From Raillietiella orientalis (lineage: Eukaryota), in assembly GCA_036172245.1 (NCBI GenBank), contig JAYWIR010000017.1:1054001-1118000 (forward strand): a stretch of 64,000 nt of DNA, written 5' to 3'. Made by a program: the position numbers and the translations under genes. The notes beneath the pieces are model-generated. The model had not been told where the DNA came from, made no database searches, and saw nothing but the letters and a program-made list of their open reading frames with translations. Of the stretch, positions 48,955 through 60,900 are shown piece by piece (the stretch's first letter is position 1; the number at the start of each line of letters is the position of its first letter).

Positions 48955-51900
48955 CCACGTCATCTTCGAGATTCACAGACATCCTTCATGTTTCTTCCCA
49001 GCGCCTGCTTGTTTCTTACGATGTCATTTTCTTATAGACACCATGAGAAACACGTTGAATGCAGTCATCCCAGAAATGAACTCGCGGAAGTTTCTCGAAA
49101 GATGCTCCTCATCCCTGGAACCCTCCAATCCGGATAGAGACCCTCGAAGGGGGGTTCTCATTTGAGCGTTCACGGAACACTAGTGTTTGTCAACTGCGTA
49201 GGGCTGGGAGGATTCGAACCGCTCGCTGAGAGGAAAGCGTCCGCGGCACGATTTCGTCTTCGCTTTCACGAGGATCACCATCACTCGAACTGACCTTAAA
49301 CTGTCCCAAGTGCTTCACCATGCAAGTAAAGACGGCGTCGCGACCTTGAATGATGGTTTGATTCCTCAAGGTTGACGTGAAAACGGGAGCTTCACCTGGA
49401 AAAATGCAGACGTGCAGCACGAACGGGAGATCAGAAACGCGATCGTTTCTCTCGGATTGGTGGCGATACAAGCGCAATGCAAAACAAGAACATGGGGGGA
49501 AAAAGGCGCTTCATTTCATCTTTGAAAAGTCCTGAAGTAAACGACGACGTTCAGGAAGCCTCTGTAAGCTCCATATCCGGAAGAAACGTCAGAGAAGTTT
49601 GTTCATTACCCATAGTTCCCATGTACAAGTCGTACGGGCGACAGCGATCCGTGATGAATTCTGCGAATGGGGGTTTCTTCCGTCGTGTAAAGAAAGTTCT
49701 CGAATAGCATTCGGAAGAAATTTTTATGGGAAAAACGGAAGAAAAATCTCAAAAAGGAAAGAACTGGAGATGGGAAAGACCAGGGGAAGATGAAATTCGG
49801 ATGAGACCGAGCATGTGATTCGCCCCGCAGTCTGACAGCGTTACTCAAACTGCTTATCAAAAATCGAGGCAGGGCGTTGTCGAAATCCGCTCGGGAAAGC
49901 ACAGGATGCAGCTGACTCCGAGACCCAGTCGGTGGTGGTGGTCGCAGAAAAGAAGACTCCCACGGTTCACTAGCAAGAATAAGCTGTGCAGTCGAAGATC
50001 TTTCAGAATAATCTGCTCATCGCTTGGCGATGGTGAGAATCGCGGTTTTGCTCGGTTTCCCTGTCAGTTTCGCCAAAAGCTTTGCTTCATTGTGGTGCCA
50101 ACCCCTGCCGTGGACCCATTCACTCGAAAATCTCTCAGCTTCGCTCTTCCTGCATTGTTTCCAGGATCGACTATGGACCGATTGCCTGGCCCAGGGAGGA
50201 AACCACTCATCCAACAACCATTGAAAAAATCATGCAGAGAATTTCAAGCACTGAGATTCTTCCAGCCAGCAACCATAAAAAACAGAGAAAAAATTAAAAC
50301 AAAAACGAACACTTTTCGATGAGAGAACGGCTTTGAATGTGTTTAGCGGTGTTGTTCCAAGCAGAGCAGAGGCACGAAAATAGTTGATGATGCTTGCGAC
50401 CGGAGCAGAGATGACCACACATGCGAATGTCAAGCTATTTCGCAACTTTCGAAACATTTGATGGAAGCACTCAACGCGGCATCTGGTGACGCAATCTCTC
50501 AGGAAAAGGATGAGTTCCATAATGCGGACAGGTGCCTTTCAGCGTGCAAGAGATGTCCCCACCCCTTCCATATCCGCGCATCATGATCAGAGACAGCGTT
50601 GTTCAAAGAGCGCGTGGAAAGGACATCAAATTTGTAATGTCTCCGTCACCAGGAGCTCAGAAACAAACGCAAGACATTTATTAAAGGGGGCAAGTGGCGC
50701 ATCTTGCAGACGTTCCACAAGTCCTTGACTCGCCCATCCTGATTCCTGCTATCTATTTTCCCATTGAAGAGTGCTCGTCGCCGAAGGATGACGGGAATTG
50801 GCGGTAAAGAAATCCAACTGATCCCATCACTTCGAAGCGCAAGAGAGCCATTCCGAATAGTCACCACCGGCTTCGCCCACCAGCCCAGGGCATGCGTTCG
50901 CTCGTATATGGGGACAAAACTTTACTTCATTTGTTATTCCAACCTATTTTCATCCCAGGGCAATCTAAAGTACCTTTGTGCGGAAGGGTTTCTTTTTGTG
51001 AATTGCTGAAGAGTGGTCCACCTCATGAGTTAATGAACGAAACAAAGGAAAACACCGGAACACTTCCGCTACCGACACGGGAACCGACTCGCCGAAGGCA
51101 TCTCGGTCAGATGACTGTATCCCGAGGATTAGGATTCTGTATTTGGAGATGAAAGGTGATTTCCACATGTGGGAGCACTTGACCTGTTGAACTCCAGATC
51201 AGATCGAGTGACTCAGAAGTGAGGGTTGATGATGAAAGTTGTCAACTTTCATCGCCAACCCTCATGCTCAGAAGATTGCTGAGGACAGAACAAAGGTACT
51301 TAGGATTAGGAATGACTTCGGAAACTCGGAGATTTCAAGCGGGCATGTTCTGCAGGTTAAGAAAGAAAGCGCAGTGCCGAAGACAAGAAGGAGTTTGACA
51401 GAATCGGAAAAATTGGCTCCTCGCACCCTCCTGCCTGGCGCCGGGAGTATCGCCGCCAGCATAGCTTTTGATGGATTTCAGATGATGAAAACCTTCTCGT
51501 GTTTAAACTTACTTTTAGGTTCGCATTAAAAAAGACACAGACCTTCCTCATCATACTCATACAGTTTATGTATACATAAAGGCTCCGCATTTCTAAGCTC
51601 AGAAGATTCCCATGAAAGGCGGTTCCGTACGACGCGGCGAAAAGATGACTCCAGTCCTCGTGTACATTAGCCCCGTGAAATTCTGTGGACAGATTTCAGT
51701 TCGTGGCTCGGCTGTTTTTAAAAAGAATACGAACGCGTGATTTAAGTACGGCTGGGCTCTTCTTTTATTCAAATTTTCTTGAATAAAACAGCTTAAAATG
51801 CGCATTTTTTAACAACGAGAGCGATTGAGCTAAAACTATGCAATCGTTTAACCCCTTGAGTGACGCATACAGGCGTTCGGCGAAAATCATCGGAGTGGAC

Positions 51901-54900
51901 AGTGGACTCACATATGAGTTCGGCGAATGTATTTACCTTATACACGCGACATGAGTTAACACCATCAATGTTTTGAGATGGGCGCATACACTTACGTTCT
52001 TATAATTCCCTTAGCGAGGACAGGAGCAAAAGTCTATCTATACCGGCGAACTATTCTCGTTTTTTCAGAGTCACTTCCCTGTGTAAATAAAATACATAAA
52101 AATGTAAATAAGCAATCATAGCAGTAACTTTAAGCGGCACTTTATGTAGTTCATCGGTACCTCGGTCGAGCACGCGGTACGCGGAAAAGCATTCCGCGTC
52201 CACGGGGATCGCCATTGCGACTGTCATGCCGTCAGCACAGAACGTTCACATCTGAAGAGCTCCATACCCAAAGGGTTAAATTGCCGAAAACCCCAAGTCT
52301 ACTCTTGTTTCTGCGTTAAATTGAAAAATAGATAAATACTTTTATTTCTTTCTCTTTTTGTTTTAAAGCGACAACGTTCAAGGCACATTTTGAATCTTTT
52401 ATAAACACTGTCATATTATCCATAACTCAGGGCTCGTGCAACGCGGATTTATATGATGCAGAACGTATCTCCCGCATCATGCGAGGGTCTACTGTATATA
52501 TGTGCTCAGCTGATTTCTTTAGTGCATCAGAAACTTTGTATTTCTCACGAAGAAAAAAAAAAGGAGTATTTTAGTGTACCTGAGGAATGGATCAAGTAGA
52601 GTTTAGCAGCTGAGCTTTTACATTCTCTTGGAAAAGCACGCATAGACGCACCAGGATCCGACAAGACCTTGGAATTCGTGCAATCGTACAATTTAGTTTA
52701 ACCCGTTCTCAGCATGGAGTTTCATGAGTAGGATTTCTCCCCATAGAAGCATATTGCACATAACATTACGCTTCAGTATAGAGAAATAGACCGTCTAGTC
52801 AAGAAAATCATCGCTCAGATGTTATTGTTGATTAAAGATGATTCCACACTGTTTACAAAGCATCGTAAGGAAGGAACCTTTGCCTGAAACAGCATGGAGG
52901 AAATAACCTAGTTGTGCTCTACATTATTCCAAGTGGGAAAGAAATTCCTGTAGCTGTCATCAGTGAAATGTAAAGAATAATCGCCTCAATAGAGCATTTG
53001 ATCCTCAATGAAAGAAGCAAAACCAAAAAGAAAAGTACGTTCAACGTCTCCCACTTTTCACCACTGTACTTGCGGCACTGTTTGTTTGGTTATTAGCCAT
53101 GAAACTGGTTGGTTTATTTCTCCATTCGTTGCTTGATCCCATGAGAGACACAGCTGAGGCGGATGAGCTTTAGGCCATTAGAAGAGTTGCCGGAAATACA
53201 AAACCCGTGATACGAATTGCTTGAGCTATTCTTACCACGGGGGTTTTTGCATTGCTCTGAAGCATACGCATGCAACATCCACCAGCTGGAAAGCCAAAGT
53301 GGTAAGTGCTGCCGCCTACATCCAAACTCCTCCAAAACCAAGGAGCCTGTGGAGCTTTCATTTTCGTTCCGGATGGTTCCATGTAAACTCAGTCGTTGGT
53401 GAAAATCCAGTAATGGTAATAACGGCAGGCTCAGAAGGAACTGTTTGTACTCCTTAACTTTCCGGGAGCTTTAGTTCCAAGAGAGCAATTCAGCGCTTTC
53501 AGCCGCTTCAGAAGATGATGCACGTCGCTGCAACCACTTCAGGTTCTTTCGAGAGGGCTCAAATTCTGAAGTTTCCGTCGAAATCTCTGCAGTGTTCTTC
53601 CTGATTACGAATCCTCTCGATAATGAATCAAACTGAAGGGAGTGACTCCATCGCTGAGAATGAAAATTGGTCCGGCATTCCACCCTTTCCTAGACTGAGC
53701 ATCCCTTCGCAGAACTTCGTTTCCATCTCGCTGCACCTCTTTGAGACATTACAAACGATTGAGCCCCGCAGATGTAGATTTCTCCTGCCCTGCACGGAGA
53801 TCCATCATATGCAAAGCAGTCAGGAAGTCACGTATATGATTTACAGCTGACTACTGAATATAGGTGGCTGAGACAATGAGATCCTTTAAATGAAAGCGAG
53901 AAGATAAAAGCCTTTGATGGAAGTTCTCTGATCGGTTACGATGTAAATTTATAGAGTGCGTTTTGGACATTTTGCAGGAAACTTCCCCACTCCCTGTTCA
54001 CAGATTGGCCAAGGGAGCATCGTGAAGTCGACACTGTAAGCTTAAACGACCTGTCTATGCTTTCGGCTCTCGCATCAACCCGCCTGTGTCAACTCGGGTA
54101 CAAGCAGATTCCTCCAAGCCGTTTTACTGACGAAAAATTCGTTTTCGATCCGAAAGGAGGTGTGCCGGACGGGTGCAGAATGCACGCATGGATCTCATCG
54201 ATTTGTCCCGCAGTTCGCGGTGCTCCGCTAGCTGGAAATGCTCACAGGAGGGTGACGTGCTGGCTGGATGTCATTCCCCAGCTTTCTCGAACGGGTTCCT
54301 CATTGACGGACGACGGCTGCGGTGCCTGTTCCACACGGTGAAAGTGTTGCCGCCGCTCGGGCAGCAGTCCAGGAACTCAAGTGCGACAGGTATTTGGCAC
54401 GTGTGCAATTGCAGCAGCTTCTTGCATCTTGTACAGCCCGTCACCTTTCTCTGAAACACGTCTGGTGCTCTGCTGCTGCTCGATTTCAAAATCCAAGCAG
54501 CCGCGTTCTGAGAGGAGCTTTTCGTTCGATCCGCCGTTCTCGGAAAGGGAACGGCTGCCTCAGGTATGTTCATCTGTCACCCTTACTCCCCAGGAATGAC
54601 ACGGTGCGCAGTGAACGGAGGTAAGGGGCCCGTGACACCATTCATCCTTCATAATGTGACTTTGTCTTTTCAGAGATGAGTGAAGGTAGGGTGAAGGAAT
54701 AGGCGGATCCATCACGGTGGTCCGGTTGAACTCGTGAGGAGGAAAGAGAGGTGCTCTCTCTCGGGAGGCAGAATTCGCGAATGCAACCTGTCAACGGCTA
54801 TGGACGATGCATCCGTAAAGCAAACGTAATGGGATGGCCGCGACTTCACCCTCAGTTCACCCCATCTCAACGTAAATGGGAAGGCGCTATTTCCGGACGT

Positions 54901-57900
54901 GTTCGACTTTTCGCGTTTCCGTCTCCCGACTTCGGCGCTTTCCGTCCTTCAAGGGTCGGTCGGAAAAAGTCCCGTGCATCCTCCACGTGCGTCCCTTTCC
55001 AAATGGCGAAACGAAACTTGTGAGTCCAGAAACTGTCGAGACCGGGCGGGAGTATGGAGGCTTAAAGAAGCAACCGCAAGCAAACGCTTGCGGTTGCTTG
55101 GGATGGATCCTTCGAAGGATTAGAATGAATTGGGGATGGCGAAACGGCGCTGGTCTGTCACATCCTCCCACTTGGATGTTGAACGATGCACGGGGCAGAG
55201 AAGTCTTCTTTTTTTTTTCTTGTTGTCGTTGTCGTGTTGAATCGGGTAAAGAAGCGGTTCTGACAGTGGCCTGTCAACCAAAGAGCTGTTTTCACATCAA
55301 AGGAAGTTTCGTCCATAAATAGAACCTATGCAGCTGGATTCAAGAGATACCTGGATGTTTGACCGGGAGCGAATAAATCACCTATGCGATTTTAAATCTG
55401 GCGAGATATCTCTTCTCGGATGCGGGAAAACAAATTAAAAATAAAACAAAACTCTTCGCAGCGGAATTGGCACTCTACAGTTTGTACTTTCCGTGCTCTA
55501 TCCCCGCAAGTAGAGATAATCGTCAACAAACGATCATTCACTGAGAAAATGCGAGAGCCCCTGTCAATCTGCTAATGGTTCCCTGCAGAAGAGTTGCGAC
55601 GTCGTGACTACGCCGAAATTCCCGATTACGACTGCAAGGAACACGGCGACGATGGAAGAAAGAAAAAAAAAATCTCAAGTGATAGACGCTATTCGCAGTT
55701 AGACGATGATGATGATGAATGACGATATTTGAATCTTATCTTCCTTTCCTGCTGACGCTGATGGAGCTTGTACTTTCAGTTCACTTGGAAGTGGATGGTG
55801 CATTCCCGTTCAGCTATCCAGGCTTGTTGCTAACTGTCCCCTTTGTCTGGACGACTTAACGACTGGTGTTCTTGAGCTGATGCAGAAGTGGATCATCTTT
55901 GCGTCACTGAAAGGTGATTTCTAGCAGAATCGCCTTGCTCCTGTCCTGACTAGTTGCCATGTGACTAGTGTGCCGCTGTCTACTCTGCTAACCATGTTCA
56001 GCGGATCTTCATGGAGTACGTATGAAGTGTTCCCCAGGGTGGGAAATCTCTCTAATCTCAAAGGAAGATCGACAGCGTTCCGGTGAGTCGCGAAAGTCAG
56101 AAGTGCCAGGTTCCACTTCCGGAAATTTTCCCATCTCATAGAGCCGATCCCAAGCGGCCCGAAGTGCAAGAGGTTAAAAGATGTAAGACGTTTCTCCTCT
56201 CGGGATGCTTGCGGCTCTTGGAGCAGCCGCTTCCGCTTGTCGTTGAGAAGTTGGTCGCGATGCAGAGACGAGTCTGCGTGAGAACGACAAGACTTCGTAG
56301 CTACCACGCTGACTCGGGAAAACAATAAAGGAACATCCCGGAAAGAAATGACTCTCTGCCGATCACATGCGATTGTGAAACTTGAGGGTTCTGGCAATCG
56401 TGTTCTCTGAAGGAGGAGCGATTCCTGAGTTTGACAGCTGTTCCTGCTCTTCGTCTTCCTTTCTTTCGTACCAATGAAGAGTCCCTTCAAAAATAAAGTT
56501 CTCAGGAACCAAGTTGAGGGCAGCAAGATGTATGGCTATGCCGATGCTGCAAACCGCCAGTTCTCTGTCCGCTCTTTGCTCACCAAGGTGACCAGCTCCT
56601 GGTTCAAACGAAGAGGGTGCTGTTTCGACTTGCCACGGTATCTCTTTGAATTCTGGTAACTTCACCAGTGGATGAGATGGGTTGCATAAAGGGGACAGTC
56701 AGATAGGCGGCGAGATCGCGTGTCCTCTTAAAATAACATTGGCTTCCACATCGACTCGGGAAAGCATCTACTCTTTGTATTTCGGATCCTTGAAGCTCGA
56801 GAAAGGGGAAAAAAGGCATCGAAGTCTTCCAAACCGGTTTCCAAATAATCCAGCTGGGTTTCACATCACGCAAATTCTGGGTGATCTAATGATTACTAGA
56901 ACCATGGAAATCCCTCTTCGGTGCAAGCACGCCGATCCAGTGAGTACGGGTGAAGCTCTCTTTTTTATATCAGAACAATGGTTTGATCTCTGCATTGGAC
57001 AGTGGCAGCATCTCTCCAGAAGAAACCTGAATTTCTGCGGGCCTCCTCCAATGCTCTCAAAGAGAGCTGCCCCGACTTCGGCGCCCTCGGGAGGGAGATT
57101 GGCCGAGTAAGTGACCTTCAGGAAAACACCATCCTTGCATGCGTGCAGACCCTTGCAGCCTGGTTGCACCTCCCTATTCACGGCTAAAGATCGCAGCTCT
57201 GGCGAGGAGTTGGCATCTTCGATGCGAATTGCGCATTTGCCGGAGGCACACTCGTCCTTACAGTCTTCCAGCTTCTGAGTCTTTTGGACCAGGAAGTTTC
57301 CGCCAGCGCTAGGGTCAAGCGCTCGATGGCCGCTTTGAACTCTCTTCGTGCGGTGAAAAGAAGGAATTTCATTCGTCACCTGTCCCTGACTTTTCAGCAT
57401 AATTTTCAGGAACGGTATCTCATCCTGGCCTTGCTCTGTGATCAGATCTTTCCGACGCCAAACCTACGGAGGATTTCCGTCCCCGTTGACTGGGACCGGT
57501 CGAGAAGTGGGCGAAGCGGCTGGGAAGAGCAAAGAGCAGTCCTTTCTGATTGGCAGCCCTCTGCAGAGCCCAAAGGTTTCCTGGCAACTGGAATAACCAG
57601 CATCCTTGGATGTTTGCCTGTCCACTGCGCGGTCGACCCACAGTGCAGCTTCCGTCCTCCTGCGCGTTCCGTCGAAGAAGGCAGCCCAGACGGAAGACGG
57701 GAACAAGAAGACTTCCTCGGCAGCAGAGCCGCACGTAGCTGCTCGCGGCACCACGCGCCCTCGAAGGAGCGCTTCTGAGTCTCTTCTCTCGTTCTAGCAA
57801 GCGGGCGGCTCCGCGCGCGACAAGAAGAGTTGCGGCACGCGGAGGTCTCGCGGATGCTCCCTCCTCCGGGCTCGCATCTAGACTGTCCAACCACTTCGGG

Positions 57901-60900
57901 CCTGTGTCTCTCTGGCACTCTTCTCCGGAAGGACCCTTTGCTTGGTGCGCTGCACCCCTTCATCGCATCGTCGAGCCCTAAGCAGCTTCTTCGCCGAAGA
58001 ATAACCTCCTCTCGCTCGCGTGCCGCGTCTCGTCTGGCCTTCGGAGCTCGAAGACGTGGAGATCCGGCTGCGAGGTTTTCGGTGTGGACCGCATCTGCGT
58101 GCCGCTGAGTCCGCCCTCAGATTCGCCCTTGTAGGAAGGGAGCACTTCTCTCCTCCCTTTGACGACGCAGCCCACTTCCCTTCAAGCACTCGCAGCTCTT
58201 CGGGTTTGTTCTTGCCCGTCGTGCACCAGGCATCTCAACCCTACGCCTCCGCGAGCTGGCTGCCTGCCAGTTCTTATTGATTTTTAAAAATGTCCGCCCT
58301 CTCCTCTCTGTCCTTCGCCTGGCCACCAGGGGACTCGCGTCCATCCACCCTTCTGCACCCTGTTCTGCTACGTGACGGTTCGCTCCTTTCGGAGCAGACG
58401 CCCAGGATGCTGGAAAGCCCTCCGACAAAATCCGAGTCGCCGCCTCCGGCTTGCAAGATCGGTCATCAGGGAATCCGGAAGACGTGGGATGGTTCCCTAC
58501 TCCACAGCTTTGGGTCGATCAACGCAATCCCCTTCAGGGGAGGATCAAGGTGGTCGCCTCTAGCTTTGTTCGGGTCACCGCGCAAGCTCATCTTCCCCCC
58601 TTCGCCACCGACTCCCAGAGCCCCGCGCAACGGAGATCGGCGACTTGGCGCTGCGGGACGCAACCGGAAGCAGCAAACCTTCCCTGCGTGTCTGTCCTCA
58701 ACGCAGCCGTCTGCTGCGGCGCCTGCGGACTGACACGTCCCTCGCGCCTTTCTCGCTATTCTGTTCTTGGTCTATTGAACTTTAACTTCTGAAATTCAAT
58801 CTTTGTTTTTACTTTCATTGTGTCCTATTTATTGGTCTCAGACAGTAAGTGAAATTTGGAAGCGCGATGGTCCAATCAGTCACGTCATTCTCGAGCCAAG
58901 ATTTCTCCAAAGGAGTTTCTTCAAGACATTCCTTCAAAACCAGGGAATGCAATTCAGCTGACATTCTTTCGAGCGACGACATTGCCCTGGGTATCAAGAA
59001 ATGCTTCCGTTCATCGAGTCCATGCCATAAAGGAGACAAGGGTTACAAGTATAAGGACTTGTGTTGCAAGTCGAAGATGGAGGATCTGTTTCATGACTTC
59101 GGAAATCGGAACGCGTACGATTACCAGTATGCTTGCGCCAAGGAGCTGCAGCATTACAAAGACACGCTACGCGAGAGGGACCACATGATACAGGTTTTGC
59201 AGTTCAATATGGAAGAAGGACACTGTGTGCTCCTTCTCCAGATAGCAGACTGCAAAGCCAACAACGAGAGACTCAGAGAGCGCAACTCCAGTGTCTGAAA
59301 CAGTCGATTGAGAACGAGCATGGAATAAACCCTTCCAGATTGCCAAGCTGCGCTGGAAGCTCTGCAACAACCGGGAACAAGAACACCACCACCAAGAGAT
59401 AGAGTCGCTCAGAAACGAGGATTGCATGTTAAAGCAACTCCAGGCTCAGAGGTGCAACATCGCATCTCTGGAGAGCGCTCTGGAGTGCAAAACCCGCATG
59501 TGTGAGAGCTCCCAGAATCCCCAGACGATCCCCTGAGAGCTGGAACGCGCCCTCAAGGAGGCGAGCCCCAGCAAGTATGGGACCCAGCTGCACTGCATGG
59601 AATCCGAAAACAGCCGCATGCAGGAGGAGATCCAGTGCCTGACTAGGGAGATTCGCGAGAAGAAGGAGGAGATAGAGAAGCTACGCTGCAGCAATAACTC
59701 GAAGCTGGACTGCTATGGAACGTCGCGCGCCCTCCGAAGGCACCGCCGCAGGGAAAGGGAAGGAGGGCGTGGAGGCAGGGAATGCGCTATTTTCCCACGG
59801 AGGCGCGGGGCCAAGGCGCCAGAGCGCTTCTCCCTCCACAGTGTCTCCCAGGCGCACCGAAAGGCCCGGCGGGACGAGGTCTCACTGTCCGCAGACAGAC
59901 GTCGGCGATCCTGGCCGAGGGAGGGAGGGGGCGAGGTGAAAGAAAACCCTGCCCGATGCCCTCTCTCCAGATGCCCTCGCGCCTGCGGCGGCAGCCACAG
60001 CCTTCCTGTTCTATCACCCACCCGGCTGGGGTGGAGTGCCGACACTCACGGCACCGTACGGCCGCTCCTTGCCCTGGAAGTTCCTCCTGCGGGATCTGCG
60101 GACTCCCTGCACTGCCACGCTCTTCGGCGACGCGCTGCCACAGTCCTCTCGGCCTTGCCCGGGGTAGTCGAAGAGACCAACTGACTCCCAGCTTTCCTCT
60201 TCTGCCCCGCACCAACGTGCGCGCGTTGGAGGCCGCGAGCGGAGGCGGGAAGGCGAGGAGAGGACGGGGCGTCTCGGATTCCCTGCCGAAGACCCGGACC
60301 CCCTCGGCTACCCCGTTCCCATCCCCGGCAAACCCGAAGGCGACCTCAGAGGAAAGGGCTTGCTTCCGGGCTCCTTCTCCTTCCCGACCGCAGTGTCCCT
60401 CCCGGGCTCCCTCAGGAGCCCGGCGGACGTTCTGCCGCCTCGCGTGAGCGCGGGGCGTTTCGCCGCTGCAGGCGGGAGGGTGGAGCGCCTCCGGTGCCTA
60501 GCAACGGGAGGGGGCTGGAAGGATGGACGCGAGAGCGATGGGAAAGCTCCGTGCCTGCCGGAAGAGGGACGTCAGGGACCTGTTACGGGGTTTCCAAGAC
60601 AACGGGACGCCCTATCGTTCACCAGGGAACAACGCGTCCCGGCGATTTCCTCAGAAGCGGCTGTCGTCGCTTCCGGGTCAGCCGACGACCTCAGCCGCTC
60701 CTAACGAGGACTCTGCCCTGCCGCAGGAGGGCAAGTGAGCGGCCCCGTCCGTCTTTGGGATGTCGCTGTCTCCCGAGGGTCCCCCTAATGCGGGGGCGAA
60801 CGGGGAAGACGCAACTCCGTGGCTGCTCGAGTGCGCCGGCGTCGAGCGGCGTCCCGGAAGGCGGGGATGCCCCCCACGGAATCGCCCTCGGGAGCCTCGA

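Noticed and set aside
49200..49230. Isolated B-box-like ggattcgaacc
   Set aside because: No A-box, cloverleaf or SINE body recognised around it.
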